A stretch of DNA of 64,000 nt, from contig NC_043020.1 of the NCBI RefSeq assembly GCF_006345805.1, positions 21,390,001 to 21,454,000 on the forward strand, given 5' to 3'. Position 1 is the first letter of the stretch; every line of letters begins with the position of its first letter. The DNA comes from Octopus sinensis. Lineage: Eukaryota. The notes beneath the pieces were generated by a model. The model saw only the letters and a list, made by a program, of their open reading frames with translations. It did not search any database and had not been told where the DNA came from. A program made the translations under genes and the position numbers. Below, piece by piece: positions 25,076 to 39,789 of the stretch.

Positions 25076-25889
25076 CTTTTCAAATGATAGCAGGTTAGTT
25101 ACGGGAATTTTAAATGGAAATGGAAAATAGCGAACACAAAATTATCCAATAAGACCACTGCCCAACCATTTATGGCGCCATGTTGTGATATGTATATATG
25201 TTTTTTGTTTTGTTTGGGCTTCTGTATTCATAAAGAAGTGTACATGTGCATGCATGCATTTACATAGACATATATGTATAAGCTCTCTAATATAATAAAT
25301 ACAATGCATAATAATATAATAAATACAAAATAGCAATGCAGTGTATGCTAATCTCTGCTAAATGAAGGGAAGCCATTTTGTTAGCAATATTGTGATAAAT
25401 TCTTAAATATTACAGCATTGCATTGTAGACGAAAATCTTGGACAATGCTTGCCTTATGGTGAACAAAAGCAAGAAAAGTTATACAGAATAATAAATATAT
25501 CACTATTAGCTAATAATTGAAAGAGGGTATGCAGGAATCATGTCGTCTGCCATTCGGTCATATATACCGTATCAACGAATGAATATATTTCCTATGTCTT
25601 CACAGAATTTATAGTGAATAATAGGAAAATATAAATAAAAGTAAAATATTTCATTGAATAAGAAATTGATAATCGAGGTAATGTTAAACAATATGTAGGG
25701 ATGTAATCGTCCAATATGACTCTCATGCATCAAAATCTGTTGATTCTTTAGGTTGTATGGAATGAGGTTCAAAGTTGTCTTCCGATGGGTTTTAATAGCA
25801 AACTATGTGATAATAGTTATGCTACATGCATTACTTTTCAGATGTTTAGTTTTTTATATATTTTCCTTTCAGTGAATCTCGTGCCTCAA

Positions 25890-26236
25890 AAATCTCTCTA
25901 TATAGCCTTCAACTAGCACTATCTCCTCCGAGACCCTGCGGTGCAAGTTGACCAAAATTGATAGTATGATAGAAGACTATCCCTAGATGATAAAATGCAA
26001 ATCGTACTATGTTAACACCAAAAATGCTTTACATCAAAAGGATGTTTTTATTCTATGAAAATCCCTACTTTTTACGATTATTTGACTGCTATGTCGCCAT
26101 ATTTCGGTGTATGCCAACCAGAAAAATGTTCACTTAAAGAGAATAAAAAGCTACGTAATGCGCCATTTTTACTTTTCACAAATTCCAATTCTAAAGGGTC
26201 GAAACAAACCCGAGCAACGCCGGGCGATAATGCTAG
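25890..26236 (+). mobile_element. Non-autonomous Helitron (3' hairpin plus CTAG)
   Basis: Ends CCCGAGCAACGCCGGGCGATAATGCTAG, the same terminus as 36755 and 31816. Confidence 0.65.
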
Positions 26237-26761
26237 TAATAAATACAACGATAAAAGATGCTTATGATCTAGACTGAAAATACTATGGACCAGGCAAAGT
26301 TTCTGATTAATGGAATTCTGGTCCCCGTGTGTGTATGTGTGTATGTGTATTATGAGGGGATGCTCAAACTCATATATATTCGATCCCACGCATACCGTGT
26401 ATATACGATGATGTTTGCATTATTAGAAGTATATGTGCGTTTGTGAGTGTGTGCGCGTGTGAGTGTGTATGAATACGTGTGCGTGTGGCTTCTGTATGTG
26501 TCCGAAAAATTATAATGATTCTAAGAAAGGTGTAGTCATAGCACTTTTTGTTATGAAATAACGTGTTTAATTGCGAATGGTTATATGGGTAAGAAATGTA
26601 TCTCTTCATAAGGAATATATTACAAACAGGAAAAAATAGAGAACATATTTATTAAAACTGATTTGAAAGAACTTTCGAAATTCATTAAATGTAGTAAAGA
26701 TAAACGAATAAAAGGACTTCCAGTTTTAGAGTGCAAGTGGACTAAAAGTGGACACATATAC

Positions 26762-26922
26762 GACTGGCTTCTTTCAGTTTCCGACTACCAAATCCACTCA
26801 CAAGGCTTGGTCGGCCCAACGCTATAGTAGAAGACACTTGCCCTAGGTGCCAGGCTGTGGGACTGAACTCGGAATCATGTGGTTCGTAAGCAAGCTACAT
26901 GCCACACAGCCACTCCTACGCG
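26762..26922 (-). mobile_element. tRNA-derived SINE 5' part
   Basis: Reverse complement of the 18205 family head. Confidence 0.8.
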
Positions 26923-26930
26923 TATAAGTG

Positions 26931-26964
<34 letters not shown>

Positions 26965-26969
26965 ATATG

Positions 26970-27016
<47 letters not shown>

Positions 27017-27036
27017 GTATGTATATATGTATGTAT

Positions 27037-27070
<34 letters not shown>

Positions 27071-27704
27071 GTATACATATATATATAAATATATATATAT
27101 ATGTATGTTTAAATTGTAGTGGAGATAGTAGGAATGTAAGACAAGAATGATTATCGCAATATATAGCAATTCAAATTAATTGAGACCTCACATCAGTATA
27201 TGGTAGTAATTTAGACGCTTAAAATAAATATAAATCAAAATATATTTGCAACGATTAAATCCATTGAAATAAAGTAATTGTCAGATATGTTATTTTAAAA
27301 TTAAGCGTATATTTTACAATTACGAAGAACGTCATGAATTAATGGAAAATTTGGGAGCAAATGTGAGGATTATAAACATTTATGAAACATATAATTTGAA
27401 GAATTGATTTATAATAGAAATTAATATACTGACCGTGACAGAATAGTTTTGTTCTAAGATAAAACCTGAATGAATTCCTAAAGAATAAAAGGTATTTTAA
27501 TAAATCTTTAACTGCAAAGAAAGATTAGGCCAGGTGCCGAATGACAGCCATTTGCCTGAAGAGAGGGTTGCGGATAAAATGACGGGTGATGTGCCAAGGT
27601 GGTGTCAGTAATAATGGTAATGATAGTACTACATCTAAACTTGATGTGGTGTCAGTAATAATGGTAATGATAGTAATACATCTAAACTTGATGTAGACAG
27701 CTAT

Positions 27705-28091
27705 GGAATGGAAGCACTCCGTCGGTTACGACGACGAGGGTTCCAGTTGATCCGATCAACGGAACAGCCTGCTCGTGAAATTAACGTGTAAGTGGCTGAG
27801 CACTCCACAGACACGTGTACCCTTAACGTAGTTCTCGCGGATATTCAGCGTGACACAGAGAGTGACAAGGCCGGCCCTTTGAAATACAGGTACAACAGAA
27901 ACAGGAAGTAAGAGTGAGAGAAAGTTGTGGTGAAAGAGTACAGCAGGGATCACCACCATCCCCTGCCGGAGCCTCGTGGAGCTTTAGGTGTTTTCGCTCA
28001 ATAAACACTCACAACGCCCGGTCTGTGAATCGAAACCGCGATCCTACGACCGCGAGTCCGCTACCCTAACCACTGGGCCATTGCGCCTCCG
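27705..28091 (-). mobile_element. tRNA(Arg)-derived SINE with TSD GACAGCTAT
   Basis: Nearly identical to 24694-25075. GACAGCTAT flanks it at about 27696 and 28095. Confidence 0.88.
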
Positions 28092-28344
28092 ACTGACAGC
28101 TATAGGGATAATACGAAGCAGTAGCTGTTAGTAACGAGAAATGTAGAAGGTGGAGACAACTTACTTCGGCAGTGATGATAAGGGAGGTGTTAATGATCAT
28201 GTTTATGATGATTGTGATAATATTGGTTGTTTCGTTTAACAAGTTTGTTAGCAGTGTCAGAGTAAGGCAGAAAAGTAGAGATAACAGCGAGTCTCACAGG
28301 AAAATTCCTCTTCTTAATGTTATGCTGGTTAACTGTTTGCTTTT

Positions 28345-28866
28345 GGAGGCGCAATGGCCCAGCGGTTAGGGCAGCAGACTCGCGGTCGTAGGGTCGCGAT
28401 TTCGATTCCCAGACCAGGCATTGTGAGTGTTTATTGAGCGAAAACACCTAAAGCTCCACGAGTCTCCGGCAAGGAAGGGGTGGTGAGCCCTGCTGTACTT
28501 TTGCACCACAACTTTCTCTCGCTCTTTCTTCCTGTTTCTGTTGTACCTGTATTTCAAAGGGCCAGGCTTATCACACTTTGTGTCTCGCTGAATCTCCCCA
28601 AGAACTACGTTAAGGGTATACGTGTCTGTGGAGTGATCAGCCACTTGCACGTTAATAAATGAGCTGCGTCATCACTGGTGCCAAGCTGTATCGGCCCCTT
28701 TGCCTTTCCCTTGGATAACATCGGTGGCGTGGAGAGGGGAGGTTGGTATGCGTGGGCGACCGCTGGTCTTCCATAAACAACCTTGCCCAGACTCGTACCT
28801 CGGAGGGTAACTTTCTAGGTGCAATCCCATGGTCATTCATGACCTAAGAGGGTCACCACAACAACA
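28345..28866 (+). mobile_element. tRNA(Arg)-derived SINE, subfamily with a different 3' tail
   Basis: Head GGAGGCGCAATGGCCCAGCGGTTAGGG. It shares about 300 bp with the 27705 copy, then diverges. Confidence 0.85.
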
Positions 28867-28939
28867 ATTTGCCATTGCATGTTTAATGTTTTGATAGTGG
28901 TGGGACTACTTTATTCGCATGGAGAGATTGCATCATCCA

Positions 28940-29430
28940 TGAGTGTGAAACACTGCCGATTGCTTTCTGGTAATCAATCGATATCACGTTCAGGTTTGTT
29001 TTCCTCCTCTTACAGTCCTCTATAATAGCTCGGTTTACCAGAAATTGCTACTTACAAACATATTTCTCTCTCCGGAACCCTTTTTTGTTCTTCTAGTAAG
29101 ACGTTGTTGTTTTCCGGGTGCTTTATAAACCGGTTATAGATGACTGCTGTGCGGGTTTTCTTGGATGTTGGTAGGCATGTTATTGGTCAGCAATTTTGTC
29201 GATATACAGTGTCTTTCGGAGTGTCTTTCCGAGTTAGGGTGGGCTGGGCTTCCTGCATCCAGTTTGGTGTTGCTTCTGGCTCACTTATCGATAAATTGAA
29301 CACTGCTGCCATTAAGCTGTTATGGGTAATGTTGAGGTGTTTCAAACAGATGTTGGGGACCTTGATTATCCCTGGGGTTTTCCAGTTGCTATTACATCTC
29401 AGTGTCTTCATACACTCAGCATCTTCCAAC
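28940..29430 (-). mobile_element. R4/Dong-like LINE RT fragment
   Basis: NWKTPG...PNWMQE...QNC*PITCLPT...ENNNVLLEEQK resembles the R4-clade RT N-terminus (NWKAPG...NYRPITCLPT...EEQKG). Confidence 0.65.
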
Positions 29431-29509
29431 GACTAGCGAAACAAATGGCAAGGCACTGTAAGGACAGCAAATGAGATACGAGAAATGTATACTTATTAGC
29501 GTGTTGTGC

Positions 29510-29870
29510 ATTATGAGTCTAAGGATTTTACGCCAAACTTATTGAGTGACGCCTTGGAAAACGTCGATCACATGTCATAGCATAACGAGAGATTTCCTAC
29601 TGATATGAGCGGGGCATCTATTAACGTTGGTGAGAAACAATGCCTGAAGTGGTTACATGATAGACAATTTCCAGACTATAACTCTGCTAAATATTTAAAA
29701 TTTTGGTGTCAGTAAAGAAAATGGCATTTCTCATATATGGCTTGGTCAAAGAAGCACAAACATGTATGGCCCTATAGATGCATGTATGACAACAGGGAGC
29801 TCGACGGAATGAGTGGGAAAACTGGAACCAGTGAGGACCGATCTATTTGGATTAGTCAAAAGCTTTCGAT
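29510..29870 (+). mobile_element. Very decayed piggyBac-like transposase fragment (tentative)
   Basis: SINVGEKQ...DRQFPDYNSAKYLKFW resembles piggyBac TVDEQ...RQYIPSKPAKYGIKFW. Confidence 0.35.
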
Positions 29871-29901
29871 AGTGTTGACTATCGCTACTTCACAGCTTGC
29901 G

Positions 29902-29957
<56 letters not shown>

Positions 29958-30384
29958 CTGTTCTGTCTGTCTGTGTGTGTGTCTTCTAGGATCTCGGGCA
30001 TCCTCCCTCCGATTGCGTTCAAATTTGATATGTAGATACCGACGGTATCAGGGCGTGTATAAGTTTTGAGAAATTACATAAATCGATTCCAAGTGAGAAT
30101 GCGATCGATAAAGCCGTGCGAACGTTCATTTTTAAAATCATTTTTCTTGGAATAGAAAAAAGTCTAACTTTAAATCTTTTGCTGGTGTCTGAAATTTAGG
30201 TTAAATCAGTGTTTCTCAAAGGGGAGGGCTATGGGACGGTCGGACAAGTTGTTTTGAGAAAATTTGGTTTAAATGTTTGACAACTCAGCACCGTCTACTG
30301 GACGTGGGGGGGGCCTTTTGCTCGTATATATCTATATATGTATATATATACTTGTATAGATAGGTATACATACACATATAGACG

Positions 30385-30504
<120 letters not shown>

Positions 30505-30960
30505 TATATATATATATATAGTAGTTACTGGTACATTTCAGTGTCTTCATGACCTCGACAGATTGCAACGACTGGCGAACCAGAGAGAGAGAGGTTGTAT
30601 ATATGTGGGGGACGTAGGTATGTATTTTTGTATGAAATTTTACTACCGTATGTATGCAATTATAGAACAATGCAATTACCAAGATTTAAGACATTGTTTG
30701 ACACAGACGTAATAGAAATATTGTGAAGATACTCTGTTGTAGGGGGACTAGGTTAGAAGCTAAACTCATTCCTAACTGGAACAAACTTGTATACATTTAT
30801 AACCAATAATATATTGATAATATTGTCGGAAATTGTTTTGACTGTTATTTTTCTTAGTAGAGAATTGTTATAAAGTTTTGGGCTTTAGTGATTTGATGAG
30901 AAAACAAATTATATCCAATCATATTTTGTATTAAATTCAATTTCCATTGAATTAGTTTGT

Positions 30961-31405
<445 letters not shown>

Positions 31406-31815
31406 GCACGTAGATTTACAAGCAGATGCGTCTTTACATATACTGATGTAAGTGTGCAAGTGTGTGTGTTTGCATTTGCATTTGTGCGAGAGAGTGTGAG
31501 CGCGTAAATAAATAGATTTCGCATGTAAATAAATATTGAACGTTGTTTGGGATGTATATTTTGATGAACGGAAATTGATTTTGTAAATTGAATAACTTAA
31601 ATGTGAATAGGGCAAATTTACGTCGGAGGTTTGAATTGTCATACACAATATAAGTTTGAACTATAAGTTTGTTTTCACGAAGAGATAAATGATGAATTCG
31701 TTTTATTACACTTATATCTTTATATCAATCACGCTTACAACGTATACTCATAAATGAATTGGTTTTATTGCTTTAAAACATCTATAAATGTTTGTATCTA
31801 TCAATATATATCTGA

Positions 31816-32215
31816 CTAGCAGTATCGCCCGGCGTTGCTCGGGTTTGTAAGGGAAATAACTATATAAGCATTTTTAGAGAGTTATAGCCCAAAAATAGCA
31901 ACAAAAAAAATGCATTAAAAATGGAAAAAAATGATGGTAATTTTTTTTTTAAATCGTTGACTCATCGTTGACATTTTTAGAGAGTTACTTTCCTTATATA
32001 ATATCGAAAAAATGCATTAAAATGGAAAAAAATGTTGGTAACTTTTTTTTAAATCGTAGACTCATCGTAGACGCGCGCTAATACGCAGAAGGGCTCGATA
32101 TGAATCACGACTATAAGATACCCGGTTTTGGTTAAACTGCACCGCAAAATGTGGGAGTAGTTAGGAATCTAAATCGTAGGAGACAGACACACAACTTGAC
32201 TTTTATATATAAAGA
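31816..32215 (-). mobile_element. Non-autonomous Helitron
   Basis: The minus strand starts TCTTTATATATAAAAG and ends with the CCCGAGCAACGCCGGG hairpin plus CTAG. It is homologous to 36457-36755 and to the 5' end at 20220. Confidence 0.85.
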
Positions 32216-32449
32216 TTACGTGCTAAGAAAAAACAACACTCAATTTTCGAAGTATGAGTTCTATATCCTTTTCGCACTCCATTACTTTTTAACAACGTGT
32301 TCTATTAAACTTTCTTCTAAATCATGTTACATGCCGCGTTAAGTGAGTAATTAAGCAATTAACAATTTAAAACCGAGCTACTACTAAACATATATTACTA
32401 TTTTATTTTATGTGACAAGAAATGTTGACTTTCGGTTCACTACTAGTTT

Positions 32450-32868
32450 CTTATTTATTTATTGCCCACAAGGGGCTAAGCATAGAGGAGACAAACAAGG
32501 GCAGACAAACGGATTAAGCTGATTGCATCGAGCCCAGTGCGTAACTGGTACTTAGTTTATCCACCACAAAACGATAAAAAGCAAAGTCGACCTCGGCGAA
32601 ATTTGAACTCAGAACGTAACGGCAGACGAAATACCTATTTCTTTACTACCCACAAGGTGCTAAATACAGAGAGGACAAACAAGGACAGACACACGGATTA
32701 AATCGAATACATTGACCCCAGTGCGTAACTGGTACTTATTTAATCGACCCCGAAATGATGAAAGGCAAAGTCAACCGCGGCGGAATTTGAACTCAGAACA
32801 TAAAGACAGACGAAATACGGCTAAGCATTTCGCCTGGCGTGCTAACGTTTCCGCCAGCTCACCGCCTT
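32450..32868 (-). mobile_element. SINE (third family, head AAGGCGGTGAGCTGGCGG) with partial tandem duplication
   Basis: B-box-like GAGTTCAAATTCC on minus. Relatives at 34855-35012, 54450-55840 and 57385-57602. Confidence 0.75.
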
Positions 32869-33352
32869 AGAATCTACTACCTTCTGGAATATATTTTGCC
32901 TCTTCCTACTTAACTGTAAAATGAACATCTTCCTTTTTTTTTAATTTTTAATTGACGTCCGATTCGGGCGTGAAGAAAAGTTAATTTATAATTAGAAAAA
33001 ATTAGAAAAGAAAATCTTCCACTCATACACATTCATAATTCCCTGCTCAATATACAAATATGAAATAGCTAAACGAAGTCTGAAGGCAGTGTGCTAGCCG
33101 AGATTGACTTTAACCTTTATCCTTTCGGTGTCGATAAATTAAATACTAATTTAGCACCGTAATCGACTTATCTCTCTCCGTGCCAACATTTGAAACCAAT
33201 ATTTAGAATAAAAATATTTGGTAAAATCGTCTATTTTGCCTTGTCACCTTTCACCAAATAACTATTTTTAATATGGCGTTCTAATATTATTTTGAAAAAT
33301 ACTGATACATTCCTCCTACTTAATAGCGCCTGTATGTTACTCCGACTTAAAT

Positions 33353-33398
<46 letters not shown>

Positions 33399-33463
33399 CA
33401 TATACACATACATATACATATATATATATACACATACATATACATATATATATATACACATAC

Positions 33464-34322
<859 letters not shown>

Positions 34323-35807
34323 ATATATATATGTATATACATACATATGTATGTATTAGTGCTGCTGACACTATGTTCGTGCCCGAACGCTCATATTGTT
34401 TACACTCTTCATGGTATTGAAAAGAATAATTTTTATGTCGATCTTCTACAAAGTACCCGGAAAATAAATGCTTTCCCAGTGCCTGCCACAAAAGATAATC
34501 CGAAATAGCTTGCCATAGATCGCAAGCGAAATTCAATAGCTTAGACTATTGAGTAGAACCACTACAAAAGCAAATTGCCTTGAGACTATGGGATGAAAGC
34601 CTAAAACAAGAAGAATTATAATGGAAGAAGAGAGAATGTATAGTTGCCAAGATGTTACACGTACATGTCAAAAGTAAGGGGGGAAATGTTGGGAAGTTTA
34701 GAACAAGAATTACTTTCTATGTATAAAAAGTAAATTGAATGACAGGAATGCCTCTAAAATGTACTAATTACGGAGTTACCAATCGAAACGATAATCATTA
34801 TTCCTGTGGGATGCTGAGCAGGGATTGTACATTTTTTTCTAAATTTTGTGGAGGAGACCAGTCAACTAGATCAACTCCTGTACGCAATTGGTACTTAATT
34901 TATCGACACGAAAAGGATAAAATGCAAAGTTGACCACAGCGGAATTTGAACTCAGAACGTAAAGACAGACGAAATACTGATACGCATTTCGCCCGGTGTG
35001 CTAACGGTTCAGCCATTAAGATCTTGTGCAGCAGAAGCAAAATGCTTCGAGATGATTCAACTTTCATTTTCTTTTTTCTTTTCTTTTGGAAATAACTTCA
35101 GTTGGAACACCTGAGATTTGTAAAGAAAGTGAAGGAGGGGTTTTATCAAGATCTAAAGTTCAAGGAGAAATGATAACGAGAGAAGAACACTTCTCCGATT
35201 TCCACATACGTATTACATCTACCTCTTGATAGGTCACGTACAAAAATATTTCAATGAGTATATTGTCAGGTGAAGCCATGTTCATATTCAGGAAATAATT
35301 TCTTAACGCAATATTTGTTCAGATCTTTAGCATTGCGATGGAGAATAGGAATGGAAATAACCATTGCTCATGTTATAATGGCAGCTATAAAACTTGAACT
35401 TTACTTTAACGATTCTAGCTTCAATAACGTCTTCTTATCACATCTCATACCCTTCGTCCACTTATTCCTTGTGGGAGCAGAGTCCTCAATCATGCTTTCC
35501 ATCAAGCTCTGTCAAAAGGAACCATCACCAATCGATCGGGCTGATTACCCGAACGAGACCAACTGGCCTCGTGAATGCTATCCAGCTATATTGTTTCAGG
35601 TCTACCCCTACGTCTCCTGCCAGTTAGCTTTGTCCTTTAAATCTGTCCAGCGATTCTTTACTGAGATATTATCATCACGACATTAGTATCGGATTTATGA
35701 TCTCTCATTACGGAGAAGCAGATTCTCTATCTGGCGTCACTCTGTGAAGTGGAACTCAGGGTAATGTTACTCTAAAGACACTTCTTTGGAATCTCATCGC
35801 GGCCGCT

Positions 35808-35888
<81 letters not shown>

Positions 35889-36456
35889 TGTGCGTGTGTG
35901 CGTGTATATATATATGTATATATGTATATATATATATGTGTGTGTATATATTTATGTATATATATGTGTATATACATATATATATGTATTTATATATATC
36001 GTAATTATTAATATATTCTCCTTGTTTCTTTTTCAATAACCCAGGCCATCGCCATACTTGAACATTCTAGCAGTAACACACAAAGTGTCTTACATCGACA
36101 TCCTTTTATCTCTAAAATACATTGTTGCAAATTTCTGTTTGATGTTTTTTTTTCACTGAATATCAAAATCTGAGCTCTTCTACATTAGTGTATCATATAA
36201 TTTCCTTCACTACAATTTCATTTATTATTGATATCTTTTCGAGAGTAAAATGCATACGTGCTTTCGAAGATGTTAAGCATTCTAAATTATCCTTATCTCT
36301 CAATTAAGCACGTGAAGATCACTCTGACATGCATGGCCAAGTGTACTCTGTCTGTGGCTGCGGTAATATCTCCGTTTGGTTTTTGTTTATTTTCATAGCT
36401 GTAATACTTGGAAAAATGTTTTATCACATTGTAATACTCAGCATGTTATGAACATA

Positions 36457-36755
36457 TCTTTATATATAAAAGTGAAGTTGTGTGTCTGTCTCCCACGATT
36501 TAAATTCCTAACTACTCCCACATTTTGCGGTGCAGTGTAACCAAAACCGGGTATCTTATAGTCGTGATTCATATCGAGCCCTTCTGCATATTAGCGCGCG
36601 TCTACGATGAGTCTACGATTAAAAAAAAAATTGCCATCATTCTTTTCCTATTTTTAATGGATTTTTAAAATATTACATAAGGGAAGAAACTCTCTAAAAT
36701 TGCTTATAGAGTTATTTCCCTTACAAACCCGAGCAACGCCGGGCGATACTGCTAG
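36457..36755 (+). mobile_element. Non-autonomous Helitron
   Basis: A|TC...hairpin CCCGAGCAACGCCGGG...CTAG|T. Confidence 0.88.
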
Positions 36756-37575
36756 TTATCTATAATTATATGTTTAGTAATGTTATAATTATTCTTCTCC
36801 CTATATTCGTATGTGTACATGAACCAAATGCATTTCATAAATGCGTACAGTATATAAAAATATGTAGATATTTTCAAATGTATATTACATCATTCATTTT
36901 GAACTTAATTCAATAATGAAAATATTTGTTTTAATGTGTTAAGTGCACTGGAAATAGCAATTCTTTGATGTAAACGTCACATAAACTGTATTATAATTCT
37001 ATTATTCTGGTCTCCTCGTAAAAGAATTATAAATATAACCATTATTCGATAAATCGAAAAAAAATATTTGTGAATATATTCTAAATTATAATTCAGCAAA
37101 AGGAATCAAAATGTTAAATGCATAATCTCTTAATGATATATGTCTAACGGTTACAATGCTATGAATAGATATGTATTTTTGAGAGAAAATGCATTGTGTA
37201 ATGGAATTCATTGTTTTAGTAATTAAAACAAGTTCGTAGGAATATAAAGAATTTCATGTAAACTTAATAAGATTTGGAAAAAAAATTAGAGGAAATTTCC
37301 ATTCAATAAAAGATGTCTTACAGCACGGTTATAGTTATCATCATTTCCAGAACATGAATGCTGCTTCAGGCAAAGATTAAAAGCATAGCAGAAAGTTCTT
37401 TTATTAGGGAATCTTAAATCACGTGTCTAAAATTCCAAGGAATCACGTGACAAACAGATATTTACCTATGAAACATTTAGAAGTGAAAAAATAAAGTTTC
37501 CGTTCTTTGGAGTAAATGATAATAAAATATTGCTTATCTATATATTTAATGAATAAATATATACACACGCATATA

Positions 37576-37735
37576 GGCGTAGGAGTGGCTGTGTGGTAAG
37601 TAGCTTGCTAACCAACCACATGGTTCCGGGTTCAGTCCCACTGCGTAGCATCTTGGGCAAGTGTCTTCTGCTATAGCCCCGGGCCGACCAATGCCTTGTG
37701 AGTGGATTTGGTAGACGGAAACTGAAAGAAGCCTG
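37576..37735 (+). mobile_element. tRNA-derived SINE 5' part
   Basis: Near-identical to the head at 18205. Confidence 0.85.
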
Positions 37736-39230
37736 TAAATTAAAGGAGGATTTAACAGCTCTTCGTCAGAAACATAGAAAAAGGAAAAGTCAAGGAAAGG
37801 GAAGACGGAGGAAATAAAATCTCCAACGATACACACGCGGTCACATTTTATGTATATATATATATTTATATATATATATACATACACGAATATATATATA
37901 TATATGTGTGGGTGTGTCTGTCTATATATATATGTGTGTGCGTGTGTCTATATATATATATGTGTGTGTGTATATATGTATTTATATGTATATATATACA
38001 TATGTATGTATTGAAGAATTGGAAAATTCTGTCTATTCCTGACTGACTTATTTATACTTTTCCAGCAGGAAGATTAGATAATTATGATCCCATTTATAAT
38101 ATTCCTCTCAGATTGATGCACTTATGACAGCGGTCCTTCAGTTTTTCTAAGACCTCTAAACATCTCGGATGGTTGGGTCTCCTTGTAGGAATTTTACAGC
38201 AACCGTACGTATATAAACGAACCAAAGTCCTTCCCGAACCCGAGACTAGTAAGGCCAGTCTCAGGGATTCTGTAGCGTGTAAATTTGTCAGCCGGGAGGC
38301 CTGGAGTAACGGGAAAGGAAGTGTTTTGCTCCAAAATACAATGCCTCGAAACCACTATCTTATGATCATAAGTGCAGCTTTAAAAATACTAAGCTCCTCA
38401 TCCACATGCATATGCACACCTATATGTATGTGCATATTTCTGTCTGTATACGTAAATGCACAACACATACACACAATTATTATATACCATATGTATTTAT
38501 GCGTAAATGTATAAATATGTTTATTGCTTGCCTTATTAAAGAAACGAAAGCCATATATGCCCAAATGAACAAAATTATGAATTATTGTTTAATACAAGAG
38601 AAATACAATACTTGGCATCTATTTATTCATTCTGCAATAAATTGTAATTCTACTTCTGTTACTGTAATGAATATTTCGGGTTTCCTAATGTAATTTTAAA
38701 ATGATGAATTAAATCACGCTGAAAGAATTTTCCTGTTATATCCACTGGTGCCTTAAATTCATGAAGAGCTAGTCACTTCAGATGGCTTCTTCTTGAAAAC
38801 TATAGTAGTAGTCACGGTGTTTACACCGAACACTTCCACATACTTTATTTTTTTTTTTTTCATTACAAGACTTTAATCAACTTCATAATGTAATCATCAA
38901 TGATTTTTCTTCAACGAAATTTCAAAGTAATTTCGTAATTGAAATAAACAATAAACGCTTTTAAGACATACAACACTTATGGAATTATGTAACCGACGCA
39001 AAATACCGAATATTGCTGCAAGGTTTGCAGAGATGTTGCGATGTAGGGGAAAAAAAAAATTCATTTTTTTCTTTTTTTTTTAGGATATTCTGGAAGTGGA
39101 ATTCTCAGGTTTCTGAAGTCTTTCTTCGTATATCATCCGTTAAATCTTGTTATGAATTCTCTAAATTTATTCAAGTTAAAAGCGACGTATTTCAGTGTGC
39201 TGCAGCGGTAATAACGAATCATTCAAGACA

Positions 39231-39538
39231 GGCGCAGGAGTGGCTGTATTGTAAGTAACTTGCTTACCAACCACATGGATCAAGGTTTAGTCCCACTGCG
39301 TGGTACCTTGGGCAAGTATCTTCTACAGGCCGACCAAACCCTTGTGAGTGGATTTGGTAGATGGAAACTGAAAGAAGCTCATCGTATATATGTATATGTG
39401 TGTGTGTGTGTGTGTCTGTGTTTGCCCCCCCCCTAACATCAGTTTACAACCGATGCTGGTGTGTTTACGTCTATGTAACTTAGCGGTTCGGTAAAAGAGA
39501 CCGATAGAATAATTACTAAGCTTACAAAGAATAAGTCC
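39231..39538 (+). mobile_element. tRNA-derived SINE truncated by the assembly gap
   Basis: Homologous to 18205-18510. Confidence 0.85.
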
Positions 39539-39638
39539 NNNNNNNNNNNNNNNNNNNNNNNNNNNNNNNNNNNNNNNNNNNNNNNNNNNNNNNNNNNNNN
39601 NNNNNNNNNNNNNNNNNNNNNNNNNNNNNNNNNNNNNN
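39539..39638. other. Assembly gap (100 N)
   Basis: A run of exactly 100 N, typical of an unsized scaffold gap. Confidence 0.99.
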
Positions 39639-39696
39639 GTAAATATGGATACTTTTATCCCCTTGTCGGTTACTACAACCGCTAGCTGTCTACCTT

Positions 39697-39783
<87 letters not shown>

Positions 39784-39789
39784 ATATCA

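Noticed and set aside
28345-28420. tRNA-Arg gene
   Set aside because: The tRNA-like head continues into a SINE body found in several copies, two of them with TSDs.
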